The position numbers were made by a program, and so were the translations under genes. A stretch of 64,000 nucleotides of DNA from Haplodiscus bocki. Lineage: Eukaryota. Below the pieces are notes generated by a model. The model saw nothing but the letters and a program-made list of their open reading frames with translations, ran no database searches and was not told the origin of the DNA. Where the stretch lies: the NCBI GenBank assembly GCA_965655095.1, contig OZ296659.1, positions 35,340,001 to 35,404,000 of the forward strand. The letters run 5' to 3'. Below are positions 40,480 to 54,124 of this stretch, in pieces (the stretch's first letter is position 1; each line of letters begins with the position of its first letter).

Positions 40480-43400
40480 TCTGAATGCATCAGCACCCTC
40501 TGCATCTGCTTTTGATCTCCCACCTTTTCTTTCAGAGTTTTTCATGCAATCAGGGAGTCCCTCATTTCCCCAAATTGCCGCTCTGAGGTACCTCCAATAC
40601 TTCTCTTTGTTACAACCAATGCAGCTTTTGTCTGGAGTCTTGCCTTTTCAGAAACTTCCATCGCTCGCCATGGGCTCCGCCAATTCTGAATCAAGCTTGT
40701 GCTCTGACCTTTCGCTTTGCTTTCCGGCGGCATCTTTGAGCTGAATTGATGCGGTTCCATTCAAACACAGATTGCATTGACTTCCTATAGAACCTCCAAT
40801 CAGTTAATGAGAAGAAATGGAACCTGCCTAACTTTCAGGTAACTCAGAGCTAACACACAATGGTGTAGACGTACTATAATTTTCGCTAACAAGTGACTTG
40901 AGTGAAACAACTTGTTTTTGTAAATCGTCATTCTGGGACTGCAAGACGTCTTTATATTTTGTCAACGAGGACACAAATTGTAGCCCAGATTGGTGGAACT
41001 TTTCTGCTAACTCGATATGAATCTTCAGCACTGGCGAAAATCGAAGCTGATTGGGTTGTGTACCCTGTTTTTTCCCTTTATGCCAAAAAATCAATCTGAG
41101 TCGTTCTTTTCCTGACTCAGGACTCAAATATTTGACTTCACTGGAAACAACAATGTTCGCAGATACCCTTGGTGCGTTCCTTTTTTCAATTGGGAATGCT
41201 TGGGGCAATATCTTAATGTCTGAGACAAATGCATGCAACTTCTATGCCCTCAAATATTAACTATCACCCAGAGGCTCACATGCACTTCTGCGCACAGGTG
41301 TGCTTGATGAAACGGAGTTACTCTAGCGATCGCGTCTCCACTCGCTTTTTTCCCGGACAGTTACATCCAAAAACTTTGATGTGTTGGGTTTTTGAGACAA
41401 AACTACAGGCATTTTTAACAGTTACTCTTTTTTAGTCATCAAAGCAACTTTTGCGAGCTGTTTCTGAAGATTTCATTCAAAATCTTTTTCCGCATTTATC
41501 AGAGAGACTCGTTGATCATGATGAAACATCAATGTCTCATAATTTGACAGTGCTTTCTGGCGAAGGGATCTGTTGCCATCAACTTCAGCAAGAGAGCAGT
41601 CGGGGGTCAAAAATAACCAGTCACTCCGACTGAAAAACACGTGGTTCTTTTTGATAACTGTATTCAAAGCTATAGAAAATCATCTGCATTGGAAAATACT
41701 GTTTCTTATCACGTAACTTTAGTGAAAATAAATTTCGAGAAGTTATATAAAAATTAATACAAACATTGAGTTCGTGAAACTTGCTGCCAAAATAAAGACA
41801 ACATAAAATTAAAACTTTGTAGCTGATTCATTAGGTGAAAGCAATCAAGGAATTCATTATTAACATCAGAATAAAAATCATCAACTTCGGATACAAAATC
41901 CCCGTCTCCATTTCATCCTGTTGTGTTGCTAATTGTATCTGTCCTTGCTTTGTTGACTGCTCTTCTGTTTTTGAACAAAGAGTTCTTGAAATTTGGAAAA
42001 GGAAACTTGTTTTGTATTTCACCTGAAGAGTGAAAATTCTGCTACTTACTTTTGAGTTAGATTTTGGAAACTGATCTCCAAAAATATAGCGCTTTAGAGA
42101 TTAACGGAATTACTAACAACTACCAGCAAAATGTCTCGAAATCGTTTTCGAGCGTTGTTCAATATACCACTCTGCTGACTTCAGAACGTGCACTTTTGAG
42201 ACAGTAGGAAGAACGTAGACATGAGCCGATTTCGATACGGGATTTTTGTTCTCAGGAAGAAATACTGAAGTTGTAAACTTACTGAAGCTTTCGCTTGAAG
42301 TTCTGTTCAGTCCATTTCCTGGATCAAAGCCCAAGAATAGATACACGATTAGAAGGGCTAACGTCTGAATGCATCAACACCCTCTGCATCTGCTTTTGAT
42401 CTCCCACCTTTTCTTTCAGAGTTTTTCATGCAATCAGGGAGTCCCTCATTTCCCCAAATTGCCGCTCTGAGGTACCTCCAATACTTCTCTTTGTTGCAAC
42501 CAATGCAGCTTTTGTCTGGAGTCTTGCCTTTTCAGAAACTTCCATCGCTCGCCATGGGCTCCGCCAATTCTGAATCAAGCTTGTGCTCTGACCTTTCGCT
42601 TTGCTTTCCGGCGGCATCTTTGAGCTGAATTGATGCGGTTCCATTCAAACACAGATTGCATTGACTTCCTATAGAACCTCCAATCAGTTAATGAGAAGAA
42701 ATGGAACCTGCCTAACTTTCAGGTAACTCAGAGCTAACACACAATGGTGTAGACGTACTATAATTTTCGCTAACAAGTGACTTGAGTGAAACAACTTGTT
42801 TTTGTAAATCGTCATTCTGGGACTGCAAGACGTCTTTATATTTTGTCAACGAGGACACAAATTGTAGCCCAGATTGGTGGAACTTTTCTGCTAACTCGAT
42901 ATGAATCTTCAGCACTGGCGAAAATCGAAGCTGATTGGGTGGTGTACCCTGTTTTTTCCCTTTATGCCAAAAAATCAATCTGAGTCGTTCTTTTCCTGAC
43001 TCAGGACTCAAATATTTGACTTCACTGGAAACAACAATGTTCGCAGATACCCTTGGTGCGTTCCTTTTTTCAATTGGGAATGCTTGGGGCAATATCTTAA
43101 TGTCTGAGACAAATGCATGCAACTTCTATGCCCTCAAATATTAACTATCACCCAGAGGCTCACATGCACTTCTGCGCACAGGTGTGCTTGATGAAACGGA
43201 GTTACTCTAGCGATCGCGTCTCCACTCGCTTTTTTCCCGGACAGTTACATCCAAAAACTTTGATGTGTTGGGTTTTTGAGACAAAACTACAGGCATTTTT
43301 AACAGTTACTCTTTTTTAGTCATCAAAGCAACTTTTGCGAGCTGTTTCTGAAGATTTCATTCAAAATCTTTTTCCGCATTTATCAGAGAGACTCGTTGAT

Positions 43401-43650
43401 CATGATGAAACATCAATGTCTCATAATTTGACAGTGCTTTCTGGCGAAGGGATCTGTTGCCATCAACTTCAGCAAGAGAGCAGTCGGGGGTCAAAAATAA
43501 CCAGTCACTCCGACTGAAAAACACGTGGTTCTTTTTGATAACTGTATTCAAAGCTATAGAAAATCATCTGCATTGGAAAATACTGTTTCTTATCACGTAA
43601 CTTTAGTGAAAATAAATTTCGAGAAGTTATATAAAAGTTAATACAAACAT
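40480..43650. repeat. Recent duplication within the core (period 1,884) carrying a divergent 60-bp patch
   Basis: ORF pairs 40542/42426, 40828/42712 and 41229/43113. Private variants tggtgtagac, caggactcaaa and cccggacagttac; patch at 40741-40800 and 42625-42684. Confidence 0.9.
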
Positions 43651-44249
43651 TGAGTTCATGAAACTTGCTGCCAAAATAAAAACAACATAAAATTAAACCT
43701 TTGTAGCTGATTCATTAGGTGAAAGCAATCAAGGAATTCATTATTAACATCAGAGTAAAAATCATCAACTTCGGATACAAAATCCCCGTCTCCATTTCAT
43801 CCTGTTGTGTTGCTAATTGTATCTGTCCTTGCTTTGTTGACTGCACTTCTGTTTTTGAAGAAAGAGTTCTTGAAATTTGGAAAGGGAAACTTGTTTTGTA
43901 TTTCACCTGAAGAGTGAAAATTCTGCTACTTACTTTTGAGTTAGATTTTGGAAAATGATCTCCAAAAATATAGCGCTTTAGAGATTAACGGAATTACTAA
44001 CAACTACCCGCGAAATGTCTCGAAATCGTTTTCGAGCGTTGTTCAATATACCACTCTGCTGACTTCAGAACGTGCACTTTTGAGACAGTAGGAAGAACGT
44101 AGACATGAGCCGATTTCGATACGGGATTTTTGTTCTCAGGAAGAAATACTGAAGTTGTAAACTTACTGAAGCTTTCGCTTGAAGTTCTGTTCAGTCCATT
44201 TCCTGGATCAAAGCCCAAGAATAGATACACGATTAGAAGGGCTAACGTC

Positions 44250-47200
44250 TGAAGGCATCAACACCCTCTGCATCTGCTTTTGATCTTCCACCTTTTCTTT
44301 CACAGAATCGTTCATGTAATCAGGAAGTCCCTCATTTCCCCAAATTGTCACTCTGAGGTACGTCCAATATTTCTCTTTGTTGCAACCAATGCAGCTTTTT
44401 TCTGGAGTGTTGCCTTTTCAGAAACTTCCATCGCTCGCCATGGGCTACTCCAATTCTGAATCAAGCTTGTGCTCTGACCTTTCGCTTTGCTTTCCGGCGG
44501 CATCTTTGAGGTAAATCGATGCGGTTTCATTCAAACACGAATTGCTTCGACTTCCTAAAGAACTTCCTACCAGTTAATGAGAAGAAATGGAACCTGCCTA
44601 AACTTCAGGTAACTCAGAGCTAACACACAATGGTATAGACGTACTATAATTTTTGCTAACAAGTGACTTGAGTGAAACAACTTGTTTTTGTAAATCGTCA
44701 TTCTGGGACTGCAAGACGTCTTTATATTTTGTCAACGAGGACACAAATTGTAGCCCAGATTGGTGGAACTTTTCTGCTAACTCAATATGAATCTTCAGCA
44801 TTGGCGAAAATCAAAGCTGATTGGGTTGTGCACCCTGTTTTTTCCCTTTATGCCAAAAAATCAATCTGAGTCGTTCTTTTCCTGACTCAGGAATCAAATA
44901 TTTGACTTCACTGGAAACAACACTGTGCGCACATACTTTTCGTGTGTTCGTTTTTTTCAATTAGGAAGGCTTGCGGCAATATGCTAATGTCTCAGACAAA
45001 TGCCTGCAACTTCTATGCCTGCAAGCTTTAACTATCACCCATAGGATCACTTGCACTTCTGCGCACAGGTGTGCTTGATGAAACGTATTTTGACTCTTGG
45101 GATCACGACTCCGCTTGCTTTCTTTTTCCGGACAGATACATCCGAAAAGTTTGATGTGTTGGGTAATTGAGACAAAACTACAGGCATTTTCCTTTTCAAC
45201 AGTGACTCCTTTTTAGTCATCAAAGCAACTTTTGCGAGCTGTTTCTGAAGAATTCATTCCACATCTTTTGCCGCCTTTATCGGAGAAACTCGTTGATAAT
45301 GATGAAACATCAATGTCTCATTTTGACAGTGCATTTTTGCAAAGAGATCTGTTGCAATCAACTTTAGCAAGAGAGCAGTCGGGAATCAGAAATAACCAGT
45401 CACTGAGACTGAAAAACAACTGATTCGTTTTGATAACTGTATTCAAAACTATAGAATTTCATCTGCATTGGAAAATACATTTTCTTATCACGTAACTTTA
45501 TTGAATAGAAACTTCGAGAAGCTAAAGAAAAGTTAATACAAACATTGAGTTCGTGAAACTTGCTGCCAAAATAATGACAACATAAAATTGAAACTATATA
45601 GATGATTCATTAGGTGAATGCACTCAAGAAATTCATTAATGACGTCAGAATAAAAATAATCCAATTCGGATACAAAATCCCCGTCTCAATTTCATCCTGT
45701 TGTGTTATTAATTGTATCTGTCCTTGCTTTGTTGACCGCTCTTCTGTTCTTGAAGAAAGATTTCTTGAAATGTGGATAAGGAAACTTGTTTTGTATTCCA
45801 CCTGAAGAGTGAAAATTTTGGTACTTATTTTTGGGTGAGATTTTGGAAACTGATCTCCAAAAATATAGCGCTTTAGAGATTAACGGAATTACTAACAACT
45901 ACCAGCAAAATGTCTCGAAATCGTTTTCGAGCATTGTTCAATATACCACTCTGCTAACTTCAGAACGTGCACTTTTGAGACAGGAGGAAGAACGTAGACA
46001 TGAGCCAATTTCGATACGGGATTTTTTTTCTCAGGAAGAAATACTGAAGTTGTAAACTTACTGAAGCTTTCGCTCGAAGTTCTGTTCAGTCCATTTCCTG
46101 GATCAAAGCCCAAGAATAGATACCCGATTAGAAGGGCTAACGTATGAAGGCATCAACACCCTCTGCATCTGCTTTTGATCTTCCACCTTTTCTTTCACAG
46201 AATCGTTCATGTAATCAGGAAGTCCCTCATTTCCCCAAATTGTCACTCTGAGGTACGTCCAATATTTCTCTTTGTTGCAACCAATGCAGCTTTTTTCTGG
46301 AGTGTTGCCTTTTCAGAAACTTCCATCGCTCGCCATGGGCTCCTCCAATTCTGAATCAAGCTTGTGCTCTGACCTTTCGCTTTGCTTTCCGGCGGCATCT
46401 TTGAGGTAAATCGATGCGGTTTCATTCAAACACGAATTGCTTCGACTTCCTAAAGAACTTCCTACCAGTTAATGAGAAGAAATGGAACCTGCCTAACTTT
46501 CAGGTAACTCAGAGCTAACACACAATGGTATGGATGTACTATAATTTTCGCTAACAAGTGACTTGAGTGAAACAACTTGTTTTTGTAAATCGTCATTCTG
46601 GGACTGCCAGACGTCTTTATATTTTGTCAACGAGGACACAAATTGTAGCCCAGATTGGTGGAACTTTTCTGCTAACTCGATATGAATCTTCAGCACTGGC
46701 GAAAATCGAAGCTGATTGGGTTGTGTACCCTGTTTTTTCCCTTTATGCCAAAAAATCAATCTGAGTCGTTCTTTTCCTGACTCAGGAATCAAATATTTGA
46801 CTTCACTGGAAACAACACTGTGCGCACATACTTTTCGTGTGTTCGTTTTTTTCAATTAGGAAGGCTTGCGGCAATATGCTAATGTCTCAGACAAATGCCT
46901 GCAACTTCTATGCCTGCAAGCTTTAACTATCACCCATAGGATCACTTGCACTTCTGCGCACAGGTGTGCTTGATGAAACGTATTTTGACTCTTGGGATCA
47001 CGACTCCGCTTGCTTTCTTTTTCCGGACAGATACATCCGAAAAGTTTGATGTGTTGGGTAATTGAGACAAAACTACAGGCATTTTCCTTTTCAACAGTGA
47101 CTCCTTTTTAGTCATCAAAGCAACTTTTGCGAGCTGTTTCTGAAGAATTCATTCCACATCTTTTGCCGCCTTTATCGGAGAAACTCGTTGATAATGATGA

Positions 47201-50200
47201 AACATCAATGTCTCATTTTGACAGTGCATTTTTGCAAAGAGATCTGTTGCAATCAACTTTAGCAAGAGAGCAGTCGGGAATCAGAAATAACCAGTCACTG
47301 AGACTGAAAAACAACTGATTCGTTTTGATAACTGTATTCAAAACTATAGAATTTCATCTGCATTGGAAAATACATTTTCTTATCACGTAACTTTATTGAA
47401 TAGAAACTTCGAGAAGCTAAAGAAAAGTTAATACAAACATTGAGTTCGTGAAACTTGCTGCCAAAATAATGACAACATAAAATTGAAACTATATAGATGA
47501 TTCATTAGGTGAATGCACTCAAGAAATTCATTAATGACGTCAGAATAAAAATAATCCAATTCGGATACAAAATCCCCGTCTCAATTTCATCCTGTTGTGT
47601 TATTAATTGTATCTGTCCTTGCTTTGTTGACCGCTCTTCTGTTCTTGAAGAAAGATTTCTTGAAATGTGGATAAGGAAACTTGTTTTGTATTCCACCTGA
47701 AGAGTGAAAATTTTGGTACTTATTTTTGGGTGAGATTTTGGAAACTGATCTCCAAAAATATAGCGCTTTAGAGATTAACGGAATTACTAACAACTACCAG
47801 CAAAATGTCTCGAAATCGTTTTCGAGCATTGTTCAATATACCACTCTGCTAACTTCAGAACGTGCACTTTTGAGACAGGAGGAAGAACGTAGACATGAGC
47901 CAATTTCGATACGGGATTTTTTTTCTCAGGAAGAAATACTGAAGTTGTAAACTTACTGAAGCTTTCGCTCGAAGTTCTGTTCAGTCCATTTCCTGGATCA
48001 AAGCCCAAGAATAGATACCCGATTAGAAGGGCTAACGTATGAAGGCATCAACACCCTCTGCATCTGCTTTTGATCTTCCACCTTTTCTTTCACAGAATCG
48101 TTCATGTAATCAGGAAGTCCCTCATTTCCCCAAATTGTCACTCTGAGGTACGTCCAATATTTCTCTTTGTTGCAACCAATGCAGCTTTTTTCTGGAGTGT
48201 TGCCTTTTCAGAAACTTCCATCGCTCGCCATGGGCTCCTCCAATTCTGAATCAAGCTTGTGCTCTGACCTTTCGCTTTGCTTTCCGGCGGCATCTTTGAG
48301 GTAAATCGATGCGGTTTCATTCAAACACGAATTGCTTCGACTTCCTAAAGAACTTCCTACCAGTTAATGAGAAGAAATGGAACCTGCCTAACTTTCAGGT
48401 AACTCAGAGCTAACACACAATGGTATGGATGTACTATAATTTTCGCTAACAAGTGACTTGAGTGAAACAACTTGTTTTTGTAAATCGTCATTCTGGGACT
48501 GCCAGACGTCTTTATATTTTGTCAACGAGGACACAAATTGTAGCCCAGATTGGTGGAACTTTTCTGCTAACTCGATATGAATCTTCAGCACTGGCGAAAA
48601 TCGAAGCTGATTGGGTTGTGTACCCTGTTTTTTCCCTTTATGCCAAAAAATCAATCTGAGTCGTTCTTTTCCTGACTCAGGAATCAAATATTTGACTTCA
48701 CTGGAAACAACACTGTGCGCACATACTTTTCGTGTGTTCGTTTTTTTCAATTAGGAAGGCTTGCGGCAATATGCTAATGTCTCAGACAAATGCCTGCAAC
48801 TTCTATGCCTGCAAGCTTTAACTATCACCCATAGGATCACTTGCACTTCTGCGCACAGGTGTGCTTGATGAAACGTATTTTGACTCTTGGGATCACGACT
48901 CCGCTTGCTTTCTTTTTCCGGACAGATACATCCGAAAAGTTTGATGTGTTGGGTAATTGAGACAAAACTACAGGCATTTTCCTTTTCAACAGTGACTCCT
49001 TTTTAGTCATCAAAGCAACTTTTGCGAGCTGTTTCTGAAGAATTCATTCCACATCTTTTGCCGCCTTTATCGGAGAAACTCGTTGATAATGATGAAACAT
49101 CAATGTCTCATTTTGACAGTGCATTTTTGCAAAGAGATCTGTTGCAATCAACTTTAGCAAGAGAGCAGTCGGGAATCAGAAATAACCAGTCACTGAGACT
49201 GAAAAACAACTGATTCGTTTTGATAACTGTATTCAAAACTATAGAATTTCATCTGCATTGGAAAATACATTTTCTTATCACGTAACTTTATTGAATAGAA
49301 ACTTCGAGAAGCTAAAGAAAAGTTAATACAAACATTGAGTTCGTGAAACTTGCTGCCAAAATAATGACAACATAAAATTGAAACTATATAGATGATTCAT
49401 TAGGTGAATGCACTCAAGAAATTCATTAATGACGTCAGAATAAAAATAATCCAATTCGGATACAAAATCCCCGTCTCAATTTCATCCTGTTGTGTTATTA
49501 ATTGTATCTGTCCTTGCTTTGTTGACCGCTCTTCTGTTCTTGAAGAAAGATTTCTTGAAATGTGGATAAGGAAACTTGTTTTGTATTCCACCTGAAGAGT
49601 GAAAATTTTGGTACTTATTTTTGGGTGAGATTTTGGAAACTGATCTCCAAAAATATAGCGCTTTAGAGATTAACGGAATTACTAGCAACTACCAGCAAAA
49701 TGTCTCGAAATCGTTTTCGAGCATTGTTCAATATACCACTCTGCTAACTTCAGAACGTGCACTTTTGAGACAGGAGGAAGAACGTAGACATGAGCCAATT
49801 TCGATACGGGATTTTTTTTCTCAGGAAGAAATACTGAAGTTGTAAACTTACTGAAGCTTTCGCTCGAAGTTCTGTTCAGTCCATTTCCTGGATCAAAGCC
49901 CAAGAATAGATACCCGATTAGAAGGGCTAACGTATGAAGGCATCAACACCCTCTGCATCTGCTTTTGATCTTCCACCTTTTCTTTCACAGAATCGTTCAT
50001 GTAATCAGGAAGTCCCTCATTTCCCCAAATTGTCACTCTGAGGTACGTCCAATATTTCTCTTTGTTGCAACCAATGCAGCTTTTTTCTGGAGTGTTGCCT
50101 TTTCAGAAACTTCCATCGCTCGCCATGGGCTCCTCCAATTCTGAATCAAGCTTGTGCTCTGACCTTTCGCTTTGCTTTCCGGCGGCATCTTTGAGGTAAA

Positions 50201-52130
50201 TCGATGCGGTTTCATTCAAACACGAATTGCTTCGACTTCCTAAAGAACTTCCTACCAGTTAATGAGAAGAAATGGAACCTGCCTAAACTTCAGGTAACTC
50301 AGAGCTAACACACAATGGCATAGACGTACTATAATTTTGCTAACAAGTGACTTGAGTGAAACAACTTGTTTTTGTAAATCGTCATTCTGGGACTGCAAGA
50401 CGTCTTTATATTTTGTCAACGAGGACACAAATTGTAGCCCAGATTGGTGGAACTTTTCTGCTAACTCAATATGAATCTTCAGCACTGGCGAAAATCGAAG
50501 CTGATTCGGTTGTGCACATTGTTTTTTCCCTTTATGCCAAAAAATCAATCTGAGTCGTTCTTTTCCTGACTCAGGAATCAAATATTTGACTTCACTGGAA
50601 ACAACACTGTGCGCACATACTTTTCGTGTGTTCGTTTTTTTCAATTAGGAAGGCTTGCGGCAATATGCTAATGTCTCAGACAAATGCCTGCAACTTCTAT
50701 GCCTGCAAGTTTTAACTATCACCCATAGGATCACTTGCACTTCTGCGCACAGGTGTGCTTGATGAAACGTATTTTGACTCTTGGGATCACGACTCCGCTT
50801 GCTTTCTTTTTCCGGACAGATACATCCGAAAAGTTTGATGTGTTGGGTAATTGAGACAAAACTACAGGCATTTTCCTTTTCAAAGTGACTCCTTTTTAGT
50901 CATCAAAGCAACTTTTGTGAGCTGTTTCTGAAGAATTCATTCCACATCTTTTGCCGCCTTTATCGGAGAAACTCGTTGATAATGATGGAACATCAATGTC
51001 TCATTTTGACAGTGCTATTTTGCAAAGAGATCTGTTGCCATCAACTTCAGCAAGAGAGCAGTCGGGAATCAAAAATAACCAGTCACTGCGACTGAAAAAC
51101 AACTGATTCGTTTTGATAACTGTATTCAAAACTATAGAAATTCATCTGCATTGGAAAATACATTTTCTTATCACGTAACTTTAGTGAAAATAAATTTCGA
51201 GAAGTTATATAAAAGTTAATACAAACATTGAGTTGGTGAAACTTGCTGCCAAAATAATGACAACATAAAATTGAAACTATATAGATGATTCATTAGGTGA
51301 ATGCAATCAAGAAATTCATTAATGACATCAGAATAAAAATAATCCACTTCGGATACAAAATCCCCGTCTCAATTTCATCCTGTTGTGTTCCTAATTGTAT
51401 CTGTCCTTGCTTTGTTGACCGTTCTTCTGTTCTTGAAGAAAGATTTCTTGAAATGTGGATAAGGAAACTTGTTTTGTATTCCACCTGCAGAGTGAAAATT
51501 CTGCTACTTATTTTTGAGTTAGATTTTGAAAACTGATCTCCAAAAATATAGCACTTTAGAGATTAACGGAATTACTAACAACTACCAGCAAAATGTCTCG
51601 AAATCGTTTTCGAGCGTTGTTCAATGTACCACTCTGCTGACTTCAGAACGTGCACTTTTGAGACAGTAGGAAGAACGTAGACATGAGCCGATTTCGATAC
51701 GGGATTTTTGTTCTCAGGAAGAAATACTGAAGTTGTAAACTTACTGAAGCTTTCGCTCGAAGTTCTGTTCAGTCCATTTCCTGGATCAAAGCCCAAGAAT
51801 AGATACACGATTAGAAGGGCTAACGTCTGAAGGCATCAACACCCTCTGCATCTGCTTTTGATCTTCCACCTTTTCTTTCACAGAATCGTTCATGTAATCA
51901 GGAAGTCCCTCATTTCCCCAAATTGTCACTCTGAGGTACGTCCAATATTTCTCTTTGTTGCAACCAATGCAGCTTTTTTCTGGAGTGTTGCCTTTTCAGA
52001 AACTTCCATCGCTCGCCATGGGCTCCTCCAATTCTGAATCAAGCTTGTGCTCTGACCTTTCGCTTTGCTTTCCGGCGGCATCTTTGAGGTAAATCGATGC
52101 GGTTTCATTCAAACACGAATTGCTTCGACT
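44250..52130. repeat. 'C-type' cluster: triplication with period 1,895 plus a fourth related copy
   Basis: ORFs 45232/47127/49022, 45610/47505/49400 and 45831/47726/49621 are offset by exactly 1,895. Marker cacagaatcgttcatgtaatcaggaag at ~44301, 46196, 48091, 49986, 51879. Marker aaacgtattttgactcttggg at 45081, 46976, 48871, 50765. Confidence 0.92.
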
Positions 52131-54124
52131 TCCTAAAGAACTTCCTACCAGTTAATGAGAAGAAATGGAACCTGCCTAACTTTCAGGTAACTCAGAGCTA
52201 AAACACAATGGTATAGACGTACTATAATTTTTGCTAACAAGTGACTTGAGTGAAACAACTTGTTTTTGTAAATCGTCATTCTGGGACTGCAAGACGTCTT
52301 TATATTTTGTCAACGAGGACACAAATTGTAGCCCAGATTGGTGGAACTTTTCTGCGAACTCAATCTGAATCTTCACCACTGGCGAAAATCGAAGCTAATT
52401 GGGTTGTGCACCCTGTTTTTTCCCTTTATGCCAAAAAATCAATCTGAGTCGTTCTTTTCCTGACTCGGGAATCAAATATTTGACTTCACTGGAAACAACA
52501 ATGTTCGCAGGTTCCCTTGGTGCGTTCCTTTTTTCAATTGGGAATGCTTGGGGCAATATCTTAATGTCTGAGACAAATGCCTGCAACTTCTAAGCCCTCA
52601 AGTATTAACTATCACCCAGAGGCTCACATGCACTTCTGCGCACAGGTGTGTTTAATTAAACGGAGTTACTCTAGCGATCACGTCTCCACTCGCTTTTTTT
52701 CCGGACAGATACATCCAAAAACTTTGATGTGTTGGTTTTTTGAGACAAAACTACAGGCATTTTTAACAGTTACTCTTTTTTAGCCATCAAAGCAACTTTT
52801 GCGAGCTGTTTCTGAAGATTTCATTCAAAATCTTTTTCCGCATTTGTCAGAGAGACTCGTTGATCATGATGAAACATCAATGTCTCATAATTTGACAGTG
52901 CCTTTTTGCAAACAAATCTGTTGCCAGCAACTTCACCAAGAGAGCAGTCGGGGGTCAAAAATATTCAGTCACTGCGACTGAAAAACAGCTGATTCTTTTT
53001 GATAACTGTATTCAAAACTATAGAAATTCATCTGCATTGGAAAATAAATTTTCTTATATCACGTAACTTTAGTGAAAATAAATTTCGAGAAGTTATATAA
53101 AAGTTAATACAAACATTGAGTTGGTGAAACTTGCTGCCAAAATAAAGACAACATAAAATTAAAACTTTGTAGCTGGTTCATTAGGTGAATGCAATCAAGG
53201 AATTCAATATTAACATCAGAATAAAAATCATCAACTTCGGATACAAAATCCCCGTCTCCATTTCATCCTGTTGTGTTGCCTATTGTATCTGTCTTTGCTT
53301 TGTTGACTGCTCTTCTGTTTTTGAAGAAAGAGTTCTTGAAATTTGGATGAGGAAACTTGTTTTGTATTTCACCTGAAGAGTGAAAATTCTGCTACTTATT
53401 TTTGAGTTAGATTTTGGAAACTGTTCTCCAAAAAAATAGCGCTTTAGAGATTAACGGAATTACTAACAACTACCAGCAAAATGTCTCGAAATCGTTTTCG
53501 AGCGTTGTTCAATATACCACTCTGCTGACTTCAGAACGTGCACTTTTTAGACAGAAGGAAGAACGTAGACATGAGCCGATTTCGATACGGGATTTTTGTT
53601 CTCAGGAAGAAATACTGAAGTTGTAAACTTACTGAAGCTTTCGCGTGAAGTTCTGCTCAGTCCATTTCCTGGATCAAAGCCCAAGAATAGATACACGATA
53701 AGAAGGGCTCTTGTCTGAATGCATCAACACCCTCTGCATCTGCTTTTGATCTCCCACCTTTTCTTTTAGAATCTTTCATGCAATCAGGGAGTCCCTCATT
53801 TCCCCAAATTGCCACTCGGAGGTACCTCCAATAGTTCTCTTTGTTGCAACCAAAGCAGTTTTTTTCTGGAGTCTTGCCTTTGCAGAAACTTCCTTTGCTC
53901 GCCATGGGCTCCTCCAATTCTGAATCAAGCTTGTGCTCTGACCTTTCGCTTGGATTTCCGGCGGAATCTTTGACGTAAATCGATGCGGTTTCATTCAAAC
54001 ACGAATTGCATCGACTTTCTAAAGAACTTCCCACCAGTTATTGAGAAGAAATGGAACCTGCCTAACTTTCAGGTAACTCAGAGCTAACACACAATGGTAT
54101 AGACGTACTATAATTTTTGCTAAC

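Larger units (their letters stand above)
25750..44250. repeat. Homogeneous core domain: ~10 highly similar 'B-type' monomers of 1,884-1,886 bp
   Basis: Near-identical ORF sets in every copy. Shared markers over most of the block: ggtgaaagcaatc, aaatttggaaaagg, ctacttacttttgag, gagacagtagg, aatgcatgcaac, cacgtggttc. Confidence 0.9.
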
